DNA from: Nageia nagi
Taxonomy: Eukaryota > Plantae > Pinophyta
Length of the DNA: 64,000 bases
Assembly: GCA_050084985.1 (NCBI GenBank)
Contig: JBITNC010000001.1
Location: forward strand, 32,240,001 to 32,304,000
Direction: 5' to 3'
Position 1 is the stretch's first letter. Each line of letters opens with the position of its first letter. Below the pieces are notes generated by a model. The model was given only the letters and a program-made list of their open reading frames with translations, ran no database searches and was not told the DNA's origin. The position numbers and the translations under genes are program-made. Positions 53,451-64,000 of the stretch are shown here, piece after piece.

Positions 53451-54399
53451 GGGTTGATGTATCAGTGACATGTTTTTTTATATGCTTTATTCTCTATGGA
53501 TACATGATATATTTTTTGATTATATATATATTTATATATTTTGGTTATGTTATGATATGTTTAATTTAATTTTACTTTTTAACTTTATTGGAACTGTATT
53601 TGAATTTTGACATGTACATTGTAATTTTTAAGCAACAAAATTTAGTTTAACAAAGATAAGAGTACAAAGGATAAACATGTAAAGACTAAATTTTAACAAT
53701 AATTTAACAAAGATAAGAAATAAATAAATAAATTAACAATAAATAAGTTATGCACAATGATGATTTTATCAATCATAATCATATAGAAGTTCGAAAAATA
53801 AGAAACAATCATATTAATTTTGAACATAACCTAGAAAGAGTGCTAGAATACAATAGTAGGACTTAGATAAGAAGCAAAAATGGGTATAAAAAGAAGACAT
53901 ATAGGATAGATATGGCCTAATTAATGGAAAAAGAGGCCTAAAAGTTAACGAACAAAAATAAAAACAAAGTTTATAGACTAGTATCTAATTCATCAAATTT
54001 ATGAATAGTTTGCTAGGAACTATAGAAAAAAGGATAAATAGAGATACATTTTTGCAAAAAATACATAAATAAAAAAACATGATATCAAAATTTTGACAAC
54101 ACAATATTATGAATGGAGTGGAAGCATTGGGTTCTAGCACCATTGCTAGGTATAAAATAGGAGAACACTCATTTTATAATGAAGCATCACAAATTGAGAC
54201 TAGATGATGAAAAAAATATAAGAATAGAAAATAAGATGAAATAATTTATGGAATAGCCCAAATACCTTCAATATCAAGGATCATACTAGAATCAATGGTT
54301 GTTGAGTTTGCTATTATAGTTATGGTTGTGGAATACTCACATTGTTGGTTTGTAACTTTTTTTGATCATCATCAAGTTCTACTTTTTTGAATTATGGAA

Positions 54400-56500
54400 A
54401 TAGATTATTTAATATCATTAGCCTTTGGTTTGAGCATGTATTAGACTATCCTACATTAGTTTAAATTGTGCTACTACAAAACCTCATCTAAAACTTCATA
54501 TCAAATTTTAATTTACCCTTTTCATGTAAGTATTTGATTATATTTCTGAGATGATAACACTCTTTTGTAGCATGATCGAATCTCCTATGAAAATTACAAA
54601 ATAGGTGTGCTTGATAGCCCTAAGATTTAATACAATGGGGCTCTTTCATTTGCAAATAATGGAAAAAGTTCATAGATACTAGGATCTAATATCTCACTAA
54701 TATCCTAATGGAACTCAAAATGCTACCTATGTGACTTTCTAGGTTTCCAAACTTCTATATCATCATGGATGACATGAGCTATCATTTTGACTTCGAGTTC
54801 ATGGTGATGGGTCTTTCTAGGTTTATCAGAAGAATCATAGATTTGATTGAATTTGGCTTCATGTGAGCTAGGGACTCATTAAAGGCTTTGTAACAGGCCT
54901 CTTTACTAATTATTTCATCTATTAGTTTTTCATATGGGTAATCTTAGAAATATGAAAAGTCATGCCTACAAGATGGCAACAAGGCTCAAAAAAAACATGC
55001 TTCTTTTCTTTGGTAGGAATTTGGAATTGGTTGGCTACTTTGGATCACTCAATAATGAAATAACTAACAAGTTACCTTATTTTTATTTTAAGTTATACAT
55101 GTATAAAGGATATGGTTCTTGTGTTATGAAAAAATTATATCGATCTAAGAAAGCTTTAACACTATCATCAAAACATGTAATAGTTTCATTAGGAAGATTA
55201 CTAAACCACAAAAACAATTCAAATTTTAAGTTAAGAGGAAATAATTTAGCCAACAAGTCATCAATATTTTCAAATGAAATGGAATTTAAATGATACCTTT
55301 GCAAATTTATTCTAGGATAGAATGATCATAAAACATAATAAATGTTACCTATTTATCATACCTTCTTTGGCAAATGTGATGGAAAAGGGGATTTTCACTA
55401 CCTCTTGGAACTATAGGTCAAATATGTTGATACATGTCATGATGGAATCCTTTTGTTGCTTGAACTATAGTAGTTCACATAGTGCATCATCTAGAGGCAC
55501 ATGTGGTAATGGTCCACTAGTATTTGAGTGTTTTTATTTTGCTAAACTTGCAAATAGACCAAAACATCAAACTTTTTCTTGTATTAAAATTATTACCAAA
55601 TTGTTGGCCAACTCCATTTGACATTCTAGTTTAGCAACTTTGTATTACAAGTTGAGCTTCAGAAACTTTAGTTCTCTCTTTATGATCTAAAATTTTGCAT
55701 CCAACCAACCTAGTCTTTTTTTCATATCAAAATCTATTGCTAGATCATATTTATCCATCCAAGATTCAAGGATGATTCACCTTTGAGGTTCTTCATCTCT
55801 AAGATATCAATTAGGTCTTCTTCATCAATGTTATCTTTGAACTCTTTGTCAAAGTTGAGAGATACATGTGGAATGGAAACCTTAGGATCAATAAAAATTA
55901 ATCATGATTCTATTTAGGTAACATAGTGGTGGTTCTAGGTCCAACATCATTTCTAGGGTTATATGCACTACCAAGTGTTTGATTTGGATTTGGATTTGGG
56001 AGCAACATTAGGAATGGGAAACTATAACAAATGAACTTGGAAAGGTTCAAAGTATTTGCAAGCTTATTGAAAAGGGATTAAGATCACATCCTATTTGGTT
56101 TGTTGGATCATATACCTTTGTTTTGGTATATTTAGGGTCAAAATATAGGGTAGAAACTAGGAGGTATTTAACTTTGATATCGACTTTTTGCAAAGTTTGA
56201 ACATGAAAAGAAAGATAATCTTTTGCAACTAACAATTTTTGGCCTTATGAAATAGAAATTTTTTTAGTAAGTACCTCTAAGTTTATTAGGGAAGGAGCTC
56301 ATTGAGTTCTTTGTTATTACTTTTCTGCTTCATTTTTGGTTGCATGGCTACAATCCTCCAAAAGCTATCATATTCATCATTTAGATGCAATCTCTATACT
56401 CATTTGCTTTATTGTCTAGGCACATTGGCATAATTGTTGCATACGCTAGTCTTCTTTATTTGTACAATAGGATATTCAATATTTTCATGATCTATAGCAA
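54400..56500 (-). pseudogene. gag: E5 gag pseudogene
   Basis: DDLLAKLFPLNLKFELFLWFSNLPNETITCFDDSVKAFLDRY (55083-55304); knuckle FCNFHRRFDHATKECYHLRNII (~54535-54600). Confidence 0.78.
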
Positions 56501-56621
56501 TAAGTGTATCCATTTCTAGAACACTTTGAAATGAGAGATTATTCCTATCCAAAATCCTATGGTTTTGGTACAACTAATGAAGGATAATATGATGTATCAA
56601 AAAGAAGTTAGTTTCACTAAT

Positions 56622-57342
56622 TTTTATAACTCAAATAATAATTATTAGGGTTATTTACAAAATAATTAAATTGAACACTTAAATATAAATAATAAAAAAT
56701 TGATGATATGAAATATTACAATGACCTAGTTAATCTTGACCTATCAAAACTAGATTTATAAAAGATATAAACTTGTACTTTACCTGTGAAGATGAAAGAG
56801 GTAAAATTTGAATGAAAGAGAAAAATGATGAGCTTACCCAAAATATGGAGCTACCAATCCAACTCAACCCATCAAAAGTGCCAAAAACTAAGTGATAGTG
56901 CTTAGTTACTATTCTAGAATACCTTGTTATTTTGGTCAATGTCATCATCTTACCTTTAAAGTTCTAAATCTCACTCGTAAAGGGGTGAAATATCACAGGC
57001 ACACAAAGCTCAAAGTATAACTAAATCTAGAGATTATAAGTGGCATTAATAAATATCGATCAAGATTGACACAAGTATATTGCCACCTATCAAGGATTCA
57101 AATTATTTCATATCATATAATATCTTTGATTATGCACAACCCCTCCACCTTTATAAGTAACTGATCTCATGCTAAGGCTCCTTCTTAGGCTTATTATGAT
57201 CTCAGATAACCTATTACCTTAAAATATAAAGGTAGATGAGAGTGCACATGGAAAAGTGAATTTATTTAAATAATTAAATAAATTATTTAAAATACCTAAA
57301 AGGGTATTTTAATTAAACTAAACTTCCTTTTTACATATTAAG
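56622..57342 (-). repeat. E5 5' LTR
   Basis: Partner of 42955-43670; adjacent PBS TAGTGAAACTAAC. Confidence 0.85.
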
Positions 57343-58697
57343 AAAGCTTTAGAATAAAATGATGAAGAACTTAAAGCCAAGGAAATTGAATTGAACATGA
57401 AAAATGGTCAGATAGAGGCTCTGGAGTTAGAGATAGATGCTTTGAAAGCAACTTTGAAAGGTAAAGAGGTTGAATATAAGACATTGAAAGATAAAAAGAA
57501 AGGGTTCCAAGATAACTTGAAAATTTTGTAGGATTCATGTATAAAGAAAGAACATAATTAAATGTTAGTGGCAAAAAGGTTTTACAAAGATGAAAACAAA
57601 GTTTGAGAAAAAATTGAAAACTCAAGAACAAACTATATTACCCAATAGACAAGGTGGTACCAGTGTAGACAAAGTTTCTAATGGAATTATTAAAGGGCAT
57701 AAAATTGAATTATTCAAGCAAGATAATACTATTTTAGGATTTATTGTATTCTTTTAGAGAATATGTTGTATATTATGATAAGAAAATAGATAAATAAAAA
57801 CTATATTAATAAGAAAGGAAAAATTGTAAAGATGTATAATGAAAATGTTGAGATCATCAAAGCAATGAATCATAAGGAAGCAACAGAAATTCCTAATTTT
57901 GCAAATGATTCATATGATCAAATTTTGGTTATGACTCAAAAAGTTGCTCACCTATATGAACTAACGATGTGCATGGAGAAATGTATGAAGTTATTAAATC
58001 CAAAGATAAATAAATTGAATAATTATCTTAAATTTTTCATAAAAATAAGATGCCTCCTATGTATAAAGAAGATAATAGTGTTTACACTCTTAGAGAAATG
58101 AAGGAATTTAGTGATCAAGCTCAAAAAGAGGATAACAATTTTGCAAACTAGACAAAGAGCAATTTTGAAGATAAATTATTAAAGTTCACTCATGAAATGA
58201 TCAAAATAGAGGCATGGGAAACAAAGTTGTCTAAAATAAAACCCAATATTAACTTAAGAATGATTAATCAGTTTGTTTCATTAACTCTTCTCATACAAAA
58301 GATTAAACTTTCAACAAATGATGAGTGGTCAAAGGCCCTTGCAATTTTTCCTAAGGATGGAACAATGTAAGTTGTGTTTTGTACATATTATATAGTTTTT
58401 GTTTGAGTTCATGATTTGGCAACATAAATCCATCAATGGTTGCCAAAATATATACTCATACATATTTTGGAGCAATAAGAAGATTTTTTTATTGGTATGA
58501 TTTATTTTGATTCTTTACTACTTGAAAGAATAATGATACTTAGTCAATTTTAAACATTTTCTATAATGTTTGATTCTAAAGGAGATCTAATTATAATGGA
58601 ATATATAGAGTTTACTAGAATAATAGAAAAATGGAAAGAAGTTGCAGTTAGCCATTTTTGGGTGATTTGCATAACATTTGATTTTAGGGGGACATTC

Positions 58698-59780
58698 GGT
58701 AGTGGAAAGTAGAACAAATTCTTCTAAAATAGTGGAGAAATCAAATATCTCTAGTTGTCTTTAGAATAAGTCCTATTGGTGGTAGTTAACCTTATATCAT
58801 GATGAATTAAGTTAGGTTAACCATATGAAATGTTCCTATTTTTAAGATTTGAGTTCCAACCAATCCAATTCAAAGTATGTTAAAATATATATATATTCAA
58901 ACTAATAATAGTTCGTATAATACTTTCCTTATTGCTATTTAGTTTTGGTTTTGAAATGTCCATCTAAATTCAAATACATGTAAATACTATCAGACTCCCA
59001 TCAAAGTACTTTTCCTTTCCAAAAATATGGTTACAATCATCAGATCCAATATTTCAAGTTCCAATCAATATGGAGGGTTTTAATACATGTGAAATAATGA
59101 TTTAGATCTTTGTATATTTGAAGATGAGTTGTAATCTATTATTAAAGAATCAAATTTGATATTTTGTAAATGTATTATTAGTTACAAATATTTTATCATT
59201 TGTTAGTAGTTTGTTAGAAGTTATTTAGAATATTATTTTGAATGAGAAGCTATATGTAATACCTGTATAGAAGGAGAAAAGGGTTGGATATAGTAATATT
59301 GCCCTTTTTATACTTGCACTATTGATTATGATATGCAATTTAAGCTTCTTAATCTCTTACCATGATTTACCTTGAATTGTTCTTAAATTTTTGTGTAATA
59401 TATTTGTTTGGACTTTGAGGATTATGAAATTTTATCACTGGTTATTTGTATCTATAAAGCACTTTGTAGAACATAGTTACTTGGAATTTTGTATTCTATT
59501 TGGTGGATATAAAATCCAATTATCTTATCATCTTGGATTCTACTTTAATGAATACCAAGCTAATCTAGTTATTTGTTTATTTTTTGCAACTTCGCTACAC
59601 TAGCATTTTAAGTTTATTTTAATTTTGCAAGTTTATTTTTGTACCTTACCTTTTAGTTAATCCCAATTCGATCTAGATAAGAACCAACATTCTCTAGAGA
59701 TTAACTTTTAGCTTTAAAGGTCATTCATTAGAATTATAATTGTGATTTAGATATACAGGTGTGTATGTAAAATTACCACA
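58698..59780 (+). repeat. Putative E6 3' LTR (right end either 59599 or 59780)
   Basis: Follows a purine tract; starts GGTAGTGG (likely TGTAGTGG); LINE coding sequence resumes after ...ACCACA at 59780; no partner in the window. Confidence 0.5.
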
Positions 59781-62700
59781 TCTAAGTCAACAATTATGAA
59801 AAATCCTCTAATTAGAAGACCAATCATAATAAAACTAGTATCTTCTTCTTTAACACCCTTAAGGAAAGGAAGGTAAGTATTTCTAGAGTGTTTTAGTACC
59901 AAATTGATATCTTACCATAAATATACCTAGGGATGCTATTATTTTTTTGGTAGAGTCTAAAAGGAATTTTGGAATGGAGTTATGAATAGATTTGACAAAA
60001 AGTTATCAAGATGGAAAGGTTCACTAGTAAGTATGGTAGGGAAGATGCAATTGGTTAAGGCCATACTTCAGAGTATCCTTGTATATATGACTAATGTATT
60101 ACCAATCCCAACTTTGGTTTCTCAAAAAATATATCAAATATGTGCAAGATTCATCTAGAAAAGAGTTGAAGAAAAGAGAAGGATGTACTTAGTAGTGTCG
60201 TCTAAAGTATAGAGGAAAAAGAAGGAAGGAGGGCTAGGAATGAGATACACTAGATTAGTAAATTAAGTAATGAGAAATAAACTTGCATAGAAATTGTGTG
60301 CAATGGAAGAAAATGAATGGATCTAAATGTGAAAACAAAAATAACTAGCAGGATACATAAACTTAATAATAAAAAATACCCTAATAAAAGGTTTGCATTT
60401 TGGAATGGGTTGGTGGGAGTTCAATACATACTCTGACAGAGGTCCTTATGGGAAGTGTATAATGGAAACATACCTCTATTTTGGGATGAAAGATAGATAG
60501 GAAAATCCCCACTAGCCTAAGAGGTTGAGTTTAGTCAATTTATGAATTGGGAAAAAATCACCATTGGGATCATAGTTACCAACTACCCCAAAAGTAAGGA
60601 TGATGATAATATGGAATAGTTCCTACCTCCAACACCTTATCCAAGAATAGGAGCTCAAATTGAAAAGAAAAAATAGAGATTAATCAAAATTACATTATTT
60701 TTTACACCAAAAAAATATATCCTAGTCTGGATAGATAATGAAGGCAAAGAAAAATAATACTCAATAAAAGTAGGATATAATAATCTAAATATTAATGAGA
60801 TGGATAGAAGAAAAGCACTATGGGAAAGCATATGCACTAAAAGAATAATGCTAAAAGTATTCTATTTTGGTTGGGTAGCTACATTGAACATAATACATAC
60901 TCATGATAACTTGAAGAACAAAGGATAAAAGATACCTAATAGATGTTCAATAAGTAAAAAGAGGAAGAAAGAGTTGATCACCTACTAGTACAATGTGAGT
61001 TTGCAAGTGAAATTTTGAATAGACTAACAAATCAATTACAATTTCAATGGGCCAAACCTATTTTGACTACAAAAACCATTGTTAAATGGTGGGTGTTATG
61101 GTCTCAAGATAAGACTTAACGATTTTGGGCGATGATAGCATTGCATGTGTTATGGACCATTTGGAAAGAAAGGAATGCCTAAAATTTTAAGGAACATAAT
61201 CAAATGGTGGATGAAACACTATAGATCTTCCTAATACTCATGGTTGAAAATATCGAGGCATATGTGAAGGTGGACCCAATAAAGATGTTGAGATGGAAGG
61301 CATCATTAGCTTACTCCTCTTAGAATCTCATCTGAAATCCATGTTGAATGAGGTATAGAGTATGGCGATGGATAAATAACATCAATATACTTAAAGAACA
61401 TCATTAGAGGGATTGGGGGTACAAAATAATGTTAATTTAATGATCCCTTAAAATCTTAATACTTAAGCCCCATGACATGACAACTTGGCATGGGATACTT
61501 AAAGATCCATACAAAATTCATGGTTGCAAAATAAAAGGTTTCTTATCTTTGTTTCATCATGAGTTGGAGAAACTTTTAGAAGTTATATGCAATGGGGAAA
61601 GCTATTCGAACAAATTTGAGTAGTTTGGAGGAGCTTACATGTGATAGAGTATGTTGGAAGATTTTCAAGAAGAGGGGCTAAAATACTTTCTTTATCATTT
61701 CTAGGGATTTTACCCTAATGTGTCTAAGAAGTTGTTTAAAGGATGGAAGGGAAGCTATACCATTGTTGGGTTTATGAAGGTTGATTTTTAGAAGGAAGCA
61801 ATTGCAATGGTCTATAGAATGATCCTAGAAGGGAGATTGTTTAAGTGAATAATGAAGGTTAAAAACCAAGAAATGGAAGCTTTCTATGATTCAAGGGGGA
61901 AAAAGGTTAAATCCAAAATTACAATCAATAGGAAGGACTTAGTTTCACCTTGGGATCAAATGGATTTTTAGGTAATAATGTACTTTACCCTAGATGGATT
62001 CTACTATGTTATAGTTGGACCACACTTGGTGTTCCTGATCCACTTCCATTAGGGGAATAATCTCAAGGTGTGAATTCCATTCTTCTTTGCATACTTTGTG
62101 AAAACATGATTCAAAAATGTAAGATATGAAGTCAAGGAGGAGATCCAACATCAAGGATTGATTACCCACATGTATCAAAAGGCTTGCTAGAATATTCAAA
62201 AGCTCTTATAGAGGTAGAGGAACCTCTAACTCAAGATCAAGAGAGAGAAAAGAAGAAAGAGAAGGAGCATTTTACCAATAAGGGTAAAGCACATAAAGTG
62301 AAAAATCATAAGCTCTCAATCAGATAACCCCCTTGAAAAAGCATAAGAAAAATGAGCCAGCCCAAATAATGAGACTAGCTACACCAAATGCTAGGTGAAT
62401 GAGAACTTGAGCTTCTATAAAGAAAGGTAATACCCATAATCCTCCTCCCAAGCTTCCTATTAAAATTTAGATCAAAGTGAGAAAAAAGGTTTTAGGAGAA
62501 GAAAACTCTTTAGGAGAAGAGGATTTAATGGAATCAATCCAAACTATTACTAAAATAGAACCAAATCCCCCAACTCCCCTTCTATAGAAAATGTTTAACC
62601 CCAAATGGAAAAATGTTCCTTAGGGTGAAAAATGTAGAACCCCCTTAGTTTCCCCTCCATACATTGTCTATGATGGAACCAATCCCCAAAGGTAATAGAG

Positions 62701-63378
62701 GAAGAGAAATTCCAAAAATAATATAGCTAAAAAAAGGATGAAAATGTGGGGGGAAGAATAAACCATAGAATAAGGCACACAATGAGCAAATCTTGGCATC
62801 CTCTTATTGAGTATTAGAAGGGATACTTAGTAGGAAAAAGAAGGATACCCAAACAACTCCAAAATCTAAGGAGCCACCTACCACCCTATAACAATCAAAG
62901 AAGCTTGAATTCATTAATGCTACCCCTAATGCATAGGTTAAGGAAAGGATCCTATATGCCATTATGGATCATTCCTCTACATGGGATGCAGGAGATTACT
63001 TCTTTATGAAAACAAGGAACAAATGATAAATAATTTTGAAAAAGACAATGGAATAGGGTAGTATGAAGTAGGAGATGAAAAATAAGAAGTACATATAATG
63101 GTATTAGATATATTAGGTTAAAAATTAGATAGCATATCGAATGTATTAGGTAGCTATCATATACTTACAATTTTATTTTGTAATATGTATCTAGATGGGA
63201 AATTCATATTTTGGTAGTGTTGCAATGGTATTTGAATGTCCATGTAGCTACTTAGATAATAGTTGGGTAGTTAGTTTTGTTTAAAACTTTTTGACTAGTT
63301 TTTGGGATCCATCTAAAAATCACCACTTTTTTTGTTAATATAATTTACCTATTAGAAAAAAAAAGAAATAAAAAAAAA
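59781..63378 (+). mobile_element. Degenerate plant L1 LINE: 3' part of ORF2, extra downstream ORF and poly(A) tail
   Basis: YEKSSN*KTNHNKTSIFF, IYLGM, KLSRWKGSLVSMVGKMQLVKAILQSILVY, KEGGLG, zf-RVT PNRC..VDHLLVQC, WTIWKERN; 3' end TTAATATAATTTACCTATTAG(A)n at 63334-63378. Confidence 0.8.
61592..63100 (+). pseudogene. Extra ORF downstream of L1 ORF2, similar to E3 ORF3
   Basis: MGKAIRTNLSSLEEL..CWKIF..GLKYFL..GF..VSK..EAIAMV..EG..PWDQ..YFTLDGFY..HLVFLIHF..IPFFF, then a Lys/Pro-rich region; end approximate. Confidence 0.6.
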
Positions 63379-64000
63379 GGGAAAAACCCTCATAATCAAG
63401 GGGAGTGGAAACAAACAAGACTCCAACAAAGACAACAACAAAGAAATATTGTTAATGATACTAACAAAGTAGATGAAGATGTTTACAATCATGCTTTTGT
63501 TTATCAAGAAAACCCTTCAGTCTCATCCACTTGGTATATTGATTTTTATTCTTCCAAGCACATGATTAGCTTAATGGATTAGTTTTCTTCTTTTGATGAA
63601 AACTAAAATCCTATCAAGTTAAATTGATTGATTAAACATCCCATCACATTGAATTCAAGGGTGATGTTCACATACATCTTGAAAAGAACAACTATTAGAT
63701 CAAAAAGGTCTTGTTTGTACTAGGGATCACGAAGAATCTCTTGTCAATTAGTCAAATGCTAGATAACAATTTTAGGGTGGAGTTTGATATTTTGAAAAAA
63801 GAAAATATTTTCTTCATTTATGAAAATCCAAATGTGTTAAATAGTAGCAAAAGTAAAAGGAGGTAGGAGAATACTTTAGCTTGATGTTGTAGCTTCCAAC
63901 AATCACGCACTCAATGTTCATGTTGTGAATGTCACCATTATTTGGAACTAACAATTCATACATATGAATTCAAACTACCTAATCACTCTAAAAAATAAGG
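63379..64000 (+). pseudogene. Old Ty1/copia polyprotein remnant (gag end, protease, GAG-pre-integrase)
   Basis: STWYIDFYSSKHM (WYIDSGASKHM-like), VLFVLGITKNLLSISQM, IW..QFIHMN (LWHxRFGHxN-like). Confidence 0.8.

Larger units (their letters stand above)
42955..57342 (-). mobile_element. E5: second pol-less gag + antisense PMD LTR element; about 9.1 kb without the nested Copia
   Basis: LTRs 42955-43670 / 56622-57342 (TGTTA...TAACA); TSD AAAGT/AAAGC; Trp-like PBS at 56607-56619; PPT remnant at 48928-48940; gag ~54400-56500; no pol motifs. Confidence 0.85.
40320..58370 (+). pseudogene. E6 additional sense ORF3 of unknown function, split by E5 (42955-57342)
   Basis: Degenerate reading frame 40320-42954 continuing at 57343-58370 (..SSKLTK|ALE*NDEELKAKEIELNMKNGQIEALELEIDALK..), Lys/Glu-rich coiled coil; boundaries approximate. 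Confidence 0.55.
35552..59780 (+). mobile_element. E6: degenerate Tat-type Ty3/gypsy with PR-aRH-RT-RH-INT order and a long sense ORF3 (5' part outside window)
   Basis: Resumes in protease (GVAMIVMPKK); pol to ~40010; ORF3 split by E5; PPT AGGGGGAC at ~58686 and putative 3' LTR. Confidence 0.72.

Noticed and set aside
59591-59599. TTCGCTACA as the definite E6 LTR end
   Set aside because: It is a good inverted match to the LTR start, but non-LINE sequence continues to 59780; left unresolved without the partner LTR

Overview
This is plant nuclear heterochromatin, very probably from a gymnosperm/conifer (inferred from the element families and strong CG/CHG depletion). It has no intact cellular gene, RNA gene or CRISPR array; almost all of it is nested transposons, many resolved here by LTR pairs, PBS/PPT and TSDs. 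E1: + strand Tat-type Ty3/gypsy (pol with aRH, antisense plant-mobile-domain (PMD) ORF, 3' LTR 34561-35551). E2: - strand pol-less gag+PMD LTR element inside E1 (8355-34290, TSD CTATC). E3: Athila-like element (9510-20798, TSD CCTAC) and E4: chromovirus (22903-28922), both inside E2. E6: Tat-type element with aRH placed before RT (35552-~59780), holding a Pack-MULE with a BRL2-like receptor kinase fragment (36264-36935) and E5, a second pol-less gag+PMD element (42955-57342). E5 holds a young Tnt1/Tork-like Copia (43673-48922, TSD ACAAA, about 98% LTR identity). The window ends with an L1 LINE carrying an unusual extra ORF and poly(A) tail (59781-63378), then an old Copia remnant. Main leads: (i) repeated antisense, apparently intron-containing PMD cassettes with family-specific CpG palindromes, two of them in pol-less tRNA-Trp-primed elements; (ii) the captured BRL2-like fragment; (iii) an accessory ORF shared by a LINE and an Athila-like LTR element. 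All alignments and counts were done by eye.
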